Of a stretch of 44,584 bases of DNA, positions 9,216 to 18,979 are shown one piece after another (position 1 is the stretch's first letter; each line of letters begins with the position of its first letter). The notes below the pieces were generated by a model that made no database searches, was not told where the DNA came from, and worked only from the letters and a program-made list of their open reading frames with translations. The position numbers and the translations under genes were made by a program. Where the stretch lies: assembly GCA_964437525.1 (NCBI GenBank), contig CAYTHG010000003.1, positions 1-44,584 of the forward strand, given 5' to 3'. This DNA is from an uncultured Myxococcales bacterium. GTDB taxonomy: Bacteria > Myxococcota_A > SURF-8.

Positions 9216-11065
9216 TTTTTCACCAGTTCAATATTAAGATCCGTGTTCTTTCCGGCGCTCAATTTGAGCTTGCGACTCACGCTCAGAAAACCTTCTTTGC
9301 GCAGTATTATCTCGACCGTTTTCTCAGAGACGCGCTCCGACCAACTGACCTCGACCGGCTTGGCCATAGGCGTGTAGCCTTTGAACTTACCGTCCACAAA
9401 CAGCATCGCCTTTTGCGAATTGACTACACTCAAGGTGGCCGGGCGCAGATTGAGCCGTCGCCGCAACTCCACTTCCTGTCCGGGGTTCTTGATTTCTATG
9501 ATCTCTTCCAAAGGCAGGCAACTGGGATTTACAAAACGCACCTTGTGTTTTCCGGCCTTGAGCTGCAATGGAAAGACGGTATTGGCATCTAGTGGATACT
9601 GGCCGATCTTTTTGCCGTCGATATAAACATCCGACCACGGCACGGTAAAAACTCTCAGGTTGCCGGTAAAATCGGCAGCGGCGACTTTCTTGTCGTTTTT
9701 CTTTTCCTTATCCAGCTTTATGCCGTTCTTGATCTTGACCAGTTTGGCGGCAGGCTGTTTCTTTATCATCTTCTCGTTGACGATTTTCTTTTCCTGCGCC
9801 TTTTTGTCTTTTGCTGCTTCCTGCTTCTGAACATCTTCGGATGGATACTCCTCTTCGGGCATGGAATAAAGCGGCCCTTCCTGCTCGGGTGCAGTCAGCA
9901 GTCCAAACGAATCGAGTATTTCATCCCAGTGGTTGTAGGCCTGCAAAGTCAGGGATGAAAAGATTATCAGGATAACCAGCAGCGATGCCGAAAGCGTGAT
10001 ACGCCTCTTCCAGATTCTGCGGTTGATGATGGCTTGCAGGTGACGGTTGGCCTCGGCATGTTCCGGATCGATGGCTAAAAGCCTGCTGTAAAGCTGCATG
10101 GCTTCGACTGGCCTGCGACGCCTGAGCGCTACGGCTCGTTCTTCAAGCCACTTGACCTCGCGCTTTTCAAACTCTTCCAGGTAAAGCTCAGGAGCCGTCA
10201 AGAGGTGTTTCAACTCCTCTTCAGGATCATCCACCAGCGAGGCTTCCAGGTATTTCTCAAGCTCGCGTACCACTTCAGAGGCAGACTGATAACGGAGCGT
10301 TAAATCTGTTTGCAAAAGTTTACGCAAAAGAAGGGCAAAGGAATTGGATATTCCCGGCGAGCATTGCTGCGGATCCATGTAGTCGCCTTCGAATATCTTG
10401 CGCAGAATAACAGGGGGGCTTTCGCCGTCGAAGGGCAGATGTCCGCAGACAGCCTGATAGATAATGGTACCTAAAGAGAACAGATCCGAGCGCGGGTCTA
10501 TCTTGGCACCCGAAGCCTGTTCGGGCGACATGTAGGCCGGAGAACCCACCAGCGTTCCCGTCATGGTCATGGAAACTTCTTCGAGTGCGCGGGCAATACC
10601 AAAATCCATCAGCTTCAATGTTCCATCGATGTGGAACATGACGTTCTCGGGCTTGAGGTCGCGGTGAACGATGCCCTGCTTGTGAGCGTGCTCCAGGGCC
10701 CGCGCAACAAACAAGCCGATGTAAGCCGCAATCTCTTCAGGAATCTTTCTGCCTTCGAAAAAGAGATCGGCCAGCGTTCCGGCCTCAATCAATTCGGTGA
10801 CAATATAAGGGAAGGCCGAGTCGTCGCCAGAGTAATCGAAGATTTCTATGATGTTGGTGTGCCGCAATTTGGCTACGGTAGTGGCCTCGCGGCGGAAGCG
10901 CAAAACCGCCTCGGCTTCTTTGGCAAGATGCGGATGCATGACTTTGATAGCGACTTCACGATGAAGCACTTCGTCTTCGGCACGATACACCACCGCCATT
11001 CCGCCGTGGCCTATCTCTTCCCGAATATGATATTTATCGATCTTCTGACCGATCAATGCATCCAA
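9212..11065 (-). CDS. Hanks-type Ser/Thr protein kinase with TM helix and two C-terminal PEGA-like domains
   Basis: Kinase motifs: GHGGMAVVYRA...VAIK, HRDLKPENVM, DFGIA and SPEQ. A TM helix (LSASLLVILIIFSSLTL) follows. PEGA-like units are VYIDGKKIGQYPL...KAGKHKVRF and LFVDGKFKGYTPM...RKEGF. Confidence 0.93.
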   Translation of the reverse strand: MDALIGQKIDKYHIREEIGHGGMAVVYRAEDEVLHREVAIKVMHPHLAKEAEAVLRFRREATTVAKLRHTNIIEIFDYSGDDSAFPYIVTELIEAGTLADLFFEGRKIPEEIAAYIGLFVARALEHAHKQGIVHRDLKPENVMFHIDGTLKLMDFGIARALEEVSMTMTGTLVGSPAYMSPEQASGAKIDPRSDLFSLGTIIYQAVCGHLPFDGESPPVILRKIFEGDYMDPQQCSPGISNSFALLLRKLLQTDLTLRYQSASEVVRELEKYLEASLVDDPEEELKHLLTAPELYLEEFEKREVKWLEERAVALRRRRPVEAMQLYSRLLAIDPEHAEANRHLQAIINRRIWKRRITLSASLLVILIIFSSLTLQAYNHWDEILDSFGLLTAPEQEGPLYSMPEEEYPSEDVQKQEAAKDKKAQEKKIVNEKMIKKQPAAKLVKIKNGIKLDKEKKNDKKVAAADFTGNLRVFTVPWSDVYIDGKKIGQYPLDANTVFPLQLKAGKHKVRFVNPSCLPLEEIIEIKNPGQEVELRRRLNLRPATLSVVNSQKAMLFVDGKFKGYTPMAKPVEVSWSERVSEKTVEIILRKEGFLSVSRKLKLSAGKNTDLNIELVKK

Positions 11066-11202
11066 ACCTATGAAAAATTAGTCATAATCAACGCACGCAA
11101 GTATAGCAAAAAAGTCGCAGTTACAAAAGAGTACCTGGAATTTTTTGACATAGCTCAATTTTCTCCCATGACAAAACATGAGGAGGGCAGATGCGTTTGC
11201 TT

Positions 11203-13188
11203 TTATTCTTCGGTATTTTTAATGAGTTTCAGTGCCTCATGCAGGGCTTTATCAAGGCGGACCCGCAGTTCCATATCCGTCTTTATGCGACCGTAAGCGC
11301 GGATGACACGCTGCTCGTTGAGCTTGTTGGTTTCGCGCAATTCTTCCAGTTCGGCTTCTAGGAGGCCAACCTGTACACCGGCATCCTGCGAGCTTTTCCC
11401 GGCGACTTCGTATTGCCGGCGAAGCTGATCAAGCTCTTCTTTAAGCGCCACACGGGCCGCCATGAATCCTTCTTTCTCGCGCCCCAAAGAATTCAACTCG
11501 CGGCTCAATTCACTGATCTTGTCGTCACCGGAACGTCGGATATTCGTCAACTCTTGGGCATGCTCCTCTTCGAGTCTCTGCATTGCTTTTTCATGCCCCG
11601 ACCTCAGTTCTTCCAGTTGCGCTACAAGCTTTCCGCTTTCTCGTCTGCTCTCATCAAGATTTCCAGAAAGCTCTCGCTGTTCAGATAGAGCCTGTTTCAA
11701 ATCGGAGATTTCTTTGTCGCGCAACAAGACATCGTCTTCGGCGTTTTTGAGTTTGCTAGAAAGCTCCTCAACCTCAGAGTCCAGCTTTTCGGCATTCTCT
11801 TCCACCGCACGATATTTCTCGGCGTTTTCAAGTGCCAGATCGTCTTTGGTGGAGCGCTCGACATGGAAACGCTCTTCAAGTTGCGCCAGTTGCGCGTTGG
11901 CTACATCAAGTTCAGACCTGAGACTGCCGATCTCCGAATCTTTCGAGCTCAGGTTCTCACCGGTACTGGAGAGTTCCTCATGCTTGCGAGTCAGTTGTTC
12001 CTTAATGCGCGATTTTTCGACATCGGACTCAGTCAGCTTTTCTTCAGTCTGTGCAATCTGCCTGCGAACTAAAGCCAATTCTTCTTTTTCTTCCACAAGC
12101 GCTTCTTCGGCTTCTCTGAAACGCTCGATGGCGGCATCCAGTTCGCTGTTGAGGCGATCTATACTCTTTTCTTTTTCCGCGACTTCATCGCGCAGAGCTT
12201 CAGCTATTTCAAGTGTTTCCCTGACCATTTCACGGTCGCCGCTGGCAATTGCGTCACGGGCAGAATTCTCAAGCTTGGCCTCGTCGAAACCGTTGTCTAT
12301 TTGATCGGCGTCCTTTAAGGCACTGTCAACGATTTCTTCCAGAGATCTGTCGTTCTCCAGAGCATCGGCCAAGGCTTCTTCTATGGCTTTATCCTGCTTG
12401 CCACCGTTTTTGACCAGATCCGCTTCCTGCAATTCCTCTGATTCCACCTCCGGTTCCGGTTCCGATGGAATCTCGGGGATTTCCTCTTGCGGTTCTTCGA
12501 CCTGTGGTTCTTCGACCTGCGGAGCTTCTGCTTGCGGAACTTCTTCGCCTCCGGGATTGACTACCGGTGCCAATTCATCTTCTGCTTCTTCCTCGAACAC
12601 TTCTTCCACGCCCAGCATCTGATCCAACTCAGACAAGTCCGCTTCTTTTTCCTCGACCAGCGAATCAAATTCACCATCGGAAATATCTCCCAAGAGGCTG
12701 TCGAGTTCGTTCAAGACTTCGTCGTCGCCGCCTTCGTCGATAACGGCTACACCGGGAGCTTTTTGCGGCTGTTGCTGAATTTGGCTCTCTTCGTTGGAGG
12801 CACTCAATTGGGGCAGGGTCAGAATATTTGTCAGAGCCTTGTATAAATCATCAGAACCGAAAGGCTTCATTAAATAGCGCTCGGCATGTTTTCTAAGCTT
12901 GCGGTGCTGGTCTATGGATTTACGGTCTTCTTCTGTTGCCGTAATGACATAGATGCGGTTTTTCATGGCCATGCTGCGTTTGAAGGTTCCAAACAGAGCA
13001 AAGCCGTTGGCATCCGGCAGGTGCAGATCTATCAGCACTGCATCGGGATTGAATTCCTTGGCGGCCTGCTTGCCTTCGTCTGCGGACTTGGCCCAGTGCA
13101 CCTCCAGCGGTAATTCGGCAAAACCATCGACTAAAGCCTGGCCGTGTTCACGGTTGGCATCGATTAAAAGAAGTCTCTTATCTCCCAT
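11203..13188 (-). CDS. Response-regulator receiver domain fused to acidic Pro/Glu-rich linker and long coiled coil (FrzS-like architecture)
   Basis: REC motifs are intact: LLLIDAN, DAVLIDLHLPDANG (acceptor Asp present), VITAT and YLMKPF. Next comes an E/D/P-rich low-complexity region (PQAEAPQVEEPQVEEPQEE). About 350 aa of heptad-rich E/L/K/R sequence follow. Confidence 0.85.
   Translation of the reverse strand: MGDKRLLLIDANREHGQALVDGFAELPLEVHWAKSADEGKQAAKEFNPDAVLIDLHLPDANGFALFGTFKRSMAMKNRIYVITATEEDRKSIDQHRKLRKHAERYLMKPFGSDDLYKALTNILTLPQLSASNEESQIQQQPQKAPGVAVIDEGGDDEVLNELDSLLGDISDGEFDSLVEEKEADLSELDQMLGVEEVFEEEAEDELAPVVNPGGEEVPQAEAPQVEEPQVEEPQEEIPEIPSEPEPEVESEELQEADLVKNGGKQDKAIEEALADALENDRSLEEIVDSALKDADQIDNGFDEAKLENSARDAIASGDREMVRETLEIAEALRDEVAEKEKSIDRLNSELDAAIERFREAEEALVEEKEELALVRRQIAQTEEKLTESDVEKSRIKEQLTRKHEELSSTGENLSSKDSEIGSLRSELDVANAQLAQLEERFHVERSTKDDLALENAEKYRAVEENAEKLDSEVEELSSKLKNAEDDVLLRDKEISDLKQALSEQRELSGNLDESRRESGKLVAQLEELRSGHEKAMQRLEEEHAQELTNIRRSGDDKISELSRELNSLGREKEGFMAARVALKEELDQLRRQYEVAGKSSQDAGVQVGLLEAELEELRETNKLNEQRVIRAYGRIKTDMELRVRLDKALHEALKLIKNTEE
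12488..12547 (-). repeat. Four imperfect 15-nt tandem units inside the regulator gene, encoding (PQ[VA]E[EA])n
   Basis: Plus-strand units are tgcggttcttcgacc, tgtggttcttcgacc, tgcggagcttctgct and tgcggaacttcttcg. They are in frame and coding. Confidence 0.7.
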
Positions 13189-13249
13189 CTTTTATCCCTT
13201 GCGCTACTTAAAGGGTGATCGTAAAAGGCTGCCGTATATTATGGGTTCG

Positions 13250-13723
13250 CTATTTGCTTTTCATATTGGAAATGATCTTACGGATTTCTTTCAGACTGCC
13301 AAGGCCGTGACGTGCCAGATAGAGCATGACGCCCTTGCCTCCTAAAGCCAGAATGCCGAAGACGCCGATTCTGGTAAGACCTAAAAATCCCACGTGCAGT
13401 TTGGCCGAGATGCTCATCTCGGGATCGCTCGAAGTCATAATTCTGAAGAACTCCACCCCGTTTTCTCCGATATCGTTGGATTTGAAGTCGGCCAAACGGT
13501 GTATGGCCTTGGGTGAGATCGAGAAAGAAAGCTGAGCGTCTTTTGGAGGCGCACCTTCGTTCAGCTTGGAGATTTTATTTTCTCTGCTGACGTAATAAGG
13601 CTTGTCGTCGCCGACTATCTGCATGTTGATGATGGTGCCGTCTTTTAACGGACCGGCGGCACGGCGAGCGACTTCTTTTTCTTCTAAGAACCAGCGTAAA
13701 CGTTCAAAATCAGCACTACTCAT
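13250..13723 (-). CDS. Hypothetical protein (157 aa) with C-terminal hydrophobic segment
   Basis: This is a clean ORF with GGAGGA 7 nt upstream of the ATG (plus-strand tcctcc at 13730-13735). There is a faint SCP2-like feel only, and no motif I can name. Confidence 0.55.
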   Translation of the reverse strand: MSSADFERLRWFLEEKEVARRAAGPLKDGTIINMQIVGDDKPYYVSRENKISKLNEGAPPKDAQLSFSISPKAIHRLADFKSNDIGENGVEFFRIMTSSDPEMSISAKLHVGFLGLTRIGVFGILALGGKGVMLYLARHGLGSLKEIRKIISNMKSK

Positions 13724-13898
13724 GGATCGTCCTCCAATAAAACAACAGCGCTATTGGGTGCGCTTGATTTTTTTATTTTCTCGCCACAATAAGCTACCAC
13801 ACAAGTTTAAGGTCGGCAAATTCCGAGAGAGGGAAACACCGCTACCGAACTCCGCTCATATTTGATGATACAGCATATATCACCGCTCATCTCGAGTG

Positions 13899-13921
13899 CC
13901 GCCTGAAAGGGCGGTGTTTTT
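13899..13921 (+). terminator. Weak hairpin + T-run in a divergent intergenic region
   Basis: ccgcc-tgaaag-ggcgg plus flanking G-U pairs, followed by ttttt. No upstream plus-strand gene exists for it to terminate. A possible leader or small-RNA element. Confidence 0.25.
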
Positions 13922-14088
13922 AGACATTACCTTAAGACGACAACTTACAGGAACCGGGAACTACTTATGCGACAATCAGTTTTAAATTGCTTTGGCAGGC
14001 GCGAATTGGCAAACTTGGAGAACTTGCAGTATAAACACCAAAGAGCAATCACAAGTACTTTAAGCAACCTTTCACAGATGCTTGCGGG

Positions 14089-16635
14089 ATGATTATGACT
14101 CAAAGAGACGATTCTTATAAAGAACTCAAAATCCTGGTAACTCACCGGGTGCAGGGGCTTGAATACGTATTGAAGGTTTTGTCGAATTTCATCGGAGTGC
14201 ACCTTGTGCCGGTAGAAGGCGACAAAAACATCTTCGACCTGGTATATGGCGACGGTCTCGGTATGCCGTCAAACACCCCGCGCATTCCTGTACAGCCCGA
14301 ATACTCGGCAGAAGATATTCCGCTTGCAGAAGATTTTCGGCAAATTCTGGACGATGACGAATCGAGTGCAGCACCGCTGTTTCCTTTCGATATTATTGCA
14401 GCCACGAGATTCTGGCTGCTGGATAGCGCCCACGAAAACGTAGATCCTGCTTCTTTCGACGAACACAGAAGACTAAAAGCCACAAGCAGCCTGCAAAAGC
14501 GTCTGGGAGTGCTTGAAAAACCGCTGGTAAACCGCTACGGGCTTTTGTTTGCCGATTGGATAGAAAAACATTTCAATATCAAAACCCGCCTGCCCCTGCC
14601 CCAGGGTTACAAGGCGGCGGTGATTCTTTCGCACGACGTGGATCAGGTGGACGACCTCGCCATACAGCATCGCCTCAAAATGCTGAAGCGGGCAACCTTG
14701 AAAAGGATGCCTTTGGAAGTAGCCCGCAGGCTGGCTGGCATAAATATGCAGATGGCGAAAAAGTTTTCGGGCTTCCGTGATAATTTCTGGCTCTTCCCGC
14801 AGATTATGGAAATGGAAAAAAGCCTGGGAGTGCGCTCGACATTCTTTTTTGCCTCGCGCTCCAACGTCGATGAAGGCGCCGATCCGGCGCTGGACGTACC
14901 CTACAGCCTCGATGACGAGGCTTTCGCACCGCTTTTCGAAAACATGAAAAAAGACGATTTCGAAATCGGCCTGCACGCATCGTATAAAGCTCATGCTTCT
15001 GCAAAAGAACTTGCCAGAGAAAAGAAGCTGCTGGAAAAAGCGGCCAAGACAAAGATCAAAGGACTGCGCCATCACTTCTGGCATCTGGACTATCCCTTCT
15101 GGCAAAGCCTGAAAAACCAGTCGCAGGCAGGTTTCGAATACGATTCTTCACTGGGATTCAACGACAGACCCGGCCTGCGCCTCTCATGCGCCTGGCCATT
15201 CAACCCCTACGATCCCAAAACAGGCGATCAGCTGGACTGCGTCCAGATCCCGACCGGCATCATGGACGGCAATTACTTCTACAACAAAGGCGTCACCAAA
15301 GACGATGCGGTCACCCGCGCCCTTGAATTCGTAGTCTCCCTCAAGCGGCATCGCGGCGTGATGGCCTTGGACTGGCACAACCGCACCTCGTATCCGGGCA
15401 ACCGCAGCTACATGCAATGGGCCTTGGCCTATAAAGAAATCATCTCCGCTTTGGCAGCCGATCCCGAAATATTCGTCGGTTCCTTCGAGCAGTTCATAGA
15501 CGCTCTGCCTGATAATCCATCGGTGGAAATAAAAGAAGACAAGCCGTCTTTCGGCAAGGTGATTGCCAGCGACACTTATTTCTTCGATGTCCTGCGCGGC
15601 TATTGGGCCAAGCACGATACGCGCTACAAAGACGAAAGCATCTGGCAAAAACGCATGTTCGAGAGTCCCACGGGAAAAACAGTGGGAGTCACCGCCTTGG
15701 CCGATGGCAAATGGGCGGGAGGATTTTTGACTATCCCCATGCCGCTGCGCTCGCCAACGGGCAAAAAGCTGCACGGCGGCAAAATGGAAGTAATGATTAC
15801 CTCGCCTGATTTCAGGGGCAAAACCATAGAATGGGAAGAAGGCGGCACGGAAAAAGCCTCCGTCATGGTATCCCGCGCCTTGATAGGCCGTTCCATGGAA
15901 TCCGGTTTCGAGGTCATCTTCGGCATACCCACCGTTCCTGCCTTCCGCGCCCACAAGCCGGCAGGTCACGGCGTGATAGTCGTCAAGCGCCGCCCCATGA
16001 TACTGGTGCTTGATCGCTCTTTCGATTTCGATGCCGACAACAGCTCCATAAAGCGCATGGCAGGCAAGGCTTTCTGGGCCGGGCAGTTCGCCGCCCGCAG
16101 ATTCGATTGCCTGTCGTCATCCTTCAAAAAACCGGAGCGCGTGGATTACGTCAGCGCCGACATAGAAAAACTCGACGACAAACTGGCGCACCTGATGCCT
16201 TCTGTCACCCTGCAACGCCGCGCCGACTATCTCAACTGGCGTTTCGGCGGCGATAAAAGCGCTGTCATGCTGGAGTTGCGCAAGAAGGGCGAACTCAAAG
16301 GCTTTTTAATGGGACGCCTACCGAAAAAACCGGGAGGCCGCGCTGTTCTGGGAGATCTTTTAGTCGAGCCTAAAAATTATCCGGCGGCGCTGGCATTGGT
16401 GGGAAAATTCTCACGCATAGCAAAAGATGCAGGCGCAGCGGCCATATCTTATATGAGCTACGGCTCCGGCAAATTAGGCACTCACCAGAGAAAAATGCTT
16501 TCAGCCTGCGGTTTTGTGCAATACTCGCGCACGGCTAATGAGCATTGGATAGTCGATGCCGGAAACGGCGAAGAGACCGCCGATTATCTATTAGACAGCG
16601 ACTGGAGCGCCAACGGCTTGTTTTTGGATATATGA
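14089..16635 (+). CDS. Polysaccharide-deacetylase-like (NodB-fold) domain fused to a C-terminal GNAT/FemAB-like domain
   Basis: The central region has AAVILSHDVDQVDD, STFFFASRS and EIGLHASY, the divergent polysaccharide deacetylase pattern. The C-terminal roughly 340 aa look GNAT/acyltransferase-like, but only tentatively. An alternative start is ATG 14095. Confidence 0.7.
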   Translation: MIMTQRDDSYKELKILVTHRVQGLEYVLKVLSNFIGVHLVPVEGDKNIFDLVYGDGLGMPSNTPRIPVQPEYSAEDIPLAEDFRQILDDDESSAAPLFPFDIIAATRFWLLDSAHENVDPASFDEHRRLKATSSLQKRLGVLEKPLVNRYGLLFADWIEKHFNIKTRLPLPQGYKAAVILSHDVDQVDDLAIQHRLKMLKRATLKRMPLEVARRLAGINMQMAKKFSGFRDNFWLFPQIMEMEKSLGVRSTFFFASRSNVDEGADPALDVPYSLDDEAFAPLFENMKKDDFEIGLHASYKAHASAKELAREKKLLEKAAKTKIKGLRHHFWHLDYPFWQSLKNQSQAGFEYDSSLGFNDRPGLRLSCAWPFNPYDPKTGDQLDCVQIPTGIMDGNYFYNKGVTKDDAVTRALEFVVSLKRHRGVMALDWHNRTSYPGNRSYMQWALAYKEIISALAADPEIFVGSFEQFIDALPDNPSVEIKEDKPSFGKVIASDTYFFDVLRGYWAKHDTRYKDESIWQKRMFESPTGKTVGVTALADGKWAGGFLTIPMPLRSPTGKKLHGGKMEVMITSPDFRGKTIEWEEGGTEKASVMVSRALIGRSMESGFEVIFGIPTVPAFRAHKPAGHGVIVVKRRPMILVLDRSFDFDADNSSIKRMAGKAFWAGQFAARRFDCLSSSFKKPERVDYVSADIEKLDDKLAHLMPSVTLQRRADYLNWRFGGDKSAVMLELRKKGELKGFLMGRLPKKPGGRAVLGDLLVEPKNYPAALALVGKFSRIAKDAGAAAISYMSYGSGKLGTHQRKMLSACGFVQYSRTANEHWIVDAGNGEETADYLLDSDWSANGLFLDI

Positions 16636-16673
16636 GAATTAAGGCTGGAAACTACAAATTGACGGTAAAATAA

Positions 16674-17294
16674 ATGAGTATCATCAGAAAAGCGGCAGTT
16701 GTTGCATACAAACTGTTGCGCAAAACCACGACCGGCGGGTTTTTACGCCTTTACGGACACAATCACGGTCTGGACAAAAAGTTCTACATCGAAAACGGAG
16801 GCTATTATAAAGAGCTTCTGCAATGCCTGTTTTTTCAGAAGATTCTTCGTCTCAATTCCCATTGTCCCTGGCCGATACATCATTCGTCGGTTATTGTGCA
16901 ACCCGGCAATATCAGTTTCGACAAGCGATACGCCAGAAATTTCATGGCAGCCAACTGCTACTGGCAGGCTTCATCCCGGATTATTTTTGAAGGAAGTTTT
17001 CTCGTTGCACAGGGAGTCGGATTCGTATCCCAGAACCACGACAACTACAGATTGGCCTCACACGTAGACGATGGTCCCATTGTCATAGGCGACAATTGCC
17101 TGATAGCCTTAAATGCCACCGTACTGCCCGGCATAAAGCTGGGTGAAAACACTATAGTAGCTGCCGGAGCAGTGGTTACCAAATCATTTCCTGAAGGAAA
17201 CTGCATCATCGGAGGCAATCCCGCCAGAGTGATAAAAAAGCTGGATGGTTCAAAAGTTGAAAAATGCAATGCCGAAGATTTTTGGCTTTCTTGA
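16674..17294 (+). CDS. Left-handed beta-helix (hexapeptide-repeat) O-acetyltransferase
   Basis: The hexapeptide repeat block is IGDNCLIALNATVLPGIKLGENTIVAAGAVVTKSFPEGNCIIGGNPARVIKKL. Confidence 0.85.
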   Translation: MSIIRKAAVVAYKLLRKTTTGGFLRLYGHNHGLDKKFYIENGGYYKELLQCLFFQKILRLNSHCPWPIHHSSVIVQPGNISFDKRYARNFMAANCYWQASSRIIFEGSFLVAQGVGFVSQNHDNYRLASHVDDGPIVIGDNCLIALNATVLPGIKLGENTIVAAGAVVTKSFPEGNCIIGGNPARVIKKLDGSKVEKCNAEDFWLS

Positions 17295-17319
17295 GAAACA
17301 GACAGGCAATCCTGAAAAC

Positions 17320-18849
17320 CTAGCGGATACGCCCGTTGATCTTGCCAAAAGCCTTTAAGAATATTTCTTTCAGTCTCGGGTCAGTTTTTATTATCAGATA
17401 AAAATAAGGCAAGGCCGATACAAACGCCGTAGCCAGCAGCGCGTAGTGATTCAACTCCAATATCCATTTGCAAAAAGCTACCGCCGCCAGACTGGGCGCG
17501 GAGTAAAGGAAATATCTGCTGCAAAGCGCAACAGGCCGTATCATCGGAGCCTTTACGAGATAGTATGCAAATATCGCCAAAAAACCGTATGAAAGAAAGT
17601 TGACCACTCCGAAAAATATTATGGCAATTCGTGCATCGTTGAAGAAATGATATCCGGCATAAAGCGCCGCCACCCTCAATATGAAAGTGGCTATAAATAT
17701 CACCAGCGTCGTACCTTGGCGTTCAAGTACGCTCAAGAGATAACTCATGGGCGAAAACAGGAAATTGACTAAAAGCGACGGTGCCAGAATTGCCGAATAG
17801 ACTCCCGCCTCATACCAGCGTCCACCCAGAAAAACCGAGAACAATTCAGGGCCGATTACCGCCACCATCATCATAGGCAACATGCCTATTGCATTCAGGC
17901 GCAAATAGACGGAATCCACCAGAGGGGCCAGCGATTGGCCTTCGGCGTGCTTGGCGGCGGCGTCCTGAAAAAACACCTGGGCAATGGCCTGCCCCACAAA
18001 AACCATGGGAATCTGCAATAAAAGGACGGAGTTGGAATAATATCCCGCAATAGCCGCACCAAAGAAGGCCGATAAAAGTATGATGGGAATCTGCTGAGAA
18101 ACCGTGTTTAAAAGCACCATCCAGGATGAAAACAGCGGAAATTTTATGTATGCACGGGCGGCTTCTTTCATGCTGGCAGGATTCAGATTGGAGAGAATGA
18201 ACTTCAGATCGCCGCTGATGAGCTTTGCACCCAGATACAAAGGCGTCACCAGCCAGCCCATGAGCTGAAAAACTATCATCTGCCCGCCGGACACGAAACC
18301 GGCCAGTCCGAAGCCGATTACAAATGTTCTCTGCGAGGCGGATTGAGCCACGCGAGCTTTCGCCAACCGCCCAAAGCGCTTGTGGCGCGTATCCCAGAAA
18401 CGCAAAGGCGCGGCCACTCCCATGGTGAACATACCCACAGGCAAAAGCCATATCAAGGGCTTCAACTCCGAAGCGTTTACAAGCTCCAGTATCTTCTCAC
18501 CCGCAAAGTACGTCACCAGCGTCGCCAAAGCCGTCATCACCAGAAGTATCAGCATCGAAAGCCCGAAGACATTGGCCGACTGCCTGTCGTCCTTGGCAAT
18601 CATAATGGCCTGCTCGTACTGCCAGCAGGAAATTATGGCCAGTATGCCGACAAAAGATGAATAAATAGCCAGCAATCCAAAAGCCTCGGGAGCGTAAAGG
18701 CGAGCCACAATGGGCGCGGTCAAGATCGCCAAACCCTGAGCGATAACAGAACCGCCGGCCAGCATGGCCACAGATTTTGCAAAGCCCGAAGACTCTTTTG
18801 GGGGTTCGGCGTGCTGGCCTGCTTTTGATTTTTGCTCGACTTCCGACAA
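17320..18849 (-). CDS. Wzx-type oligosaccharide/polysaccharide flippase (MOP superfamily, polysaccharide biosynthesis protein family)
   Basis: 509 aa with about 14 hydrophobic helices. The N-terminal block LAGGSVIAQGLAILTAPIVARLYAPEAFGLLAIYSS is typical of the family. Confidence 0.82.
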   Translation of the reverse strand: MSEVEQKSKAGQHAEPPKESSGFAKSVAMLAGGSVIAQGLAILTAPIVARLYAPEAFGLLAIYSSFVGILAIISCWQYEQAIMIAKDDRQSANVFGLSMLILLVMTALATLVTYFAGEKILELVNASELKPLIWLLPVGMFTMGVAAPLRFWDTRHKRFGRLAKARVAQSASQRTFVIGFGLAGFVSGGQMIVFQLMGWLVTPLYLGAKLISGDLKFILSNLNPASMKEAARAYIKFPLFSSWMVLLNTVSQQIPIILLSAFFGAAIAGYYSNSVLLLQIPMVFVGQAIAQVFFQDAAAKHAEGQSLAPLVDSVYLRLNAIGMLPMMMVAVIGPELFSVFLGGRWYEAGVYSAILAPSLLVNFLFSPMSYLLSVLERQGTTLVIFIATFILRVAALYAGYHFFNDARIAIIFFGVVNFLSYGFLAIFAYYLVKAPMIRPVALCSRYFLYSAPSLAAVAFCKWILELNHYALLATAFVSALPYFYLIIKTDPRLKEIFLKAFGKINGRIR

Positions 18850-18979
18850 TGAAGCGCTCCTTAAACAAACAAGGTGTTTTATTTACAAAGAGTATAAGGC
18901 AAAGGGCTCCATAACGTGGAACTTTATCGAGAAGGAGTGTGTTTTTAAATGAAAAGCGCTATCCGATTAAGCAGTCTTT

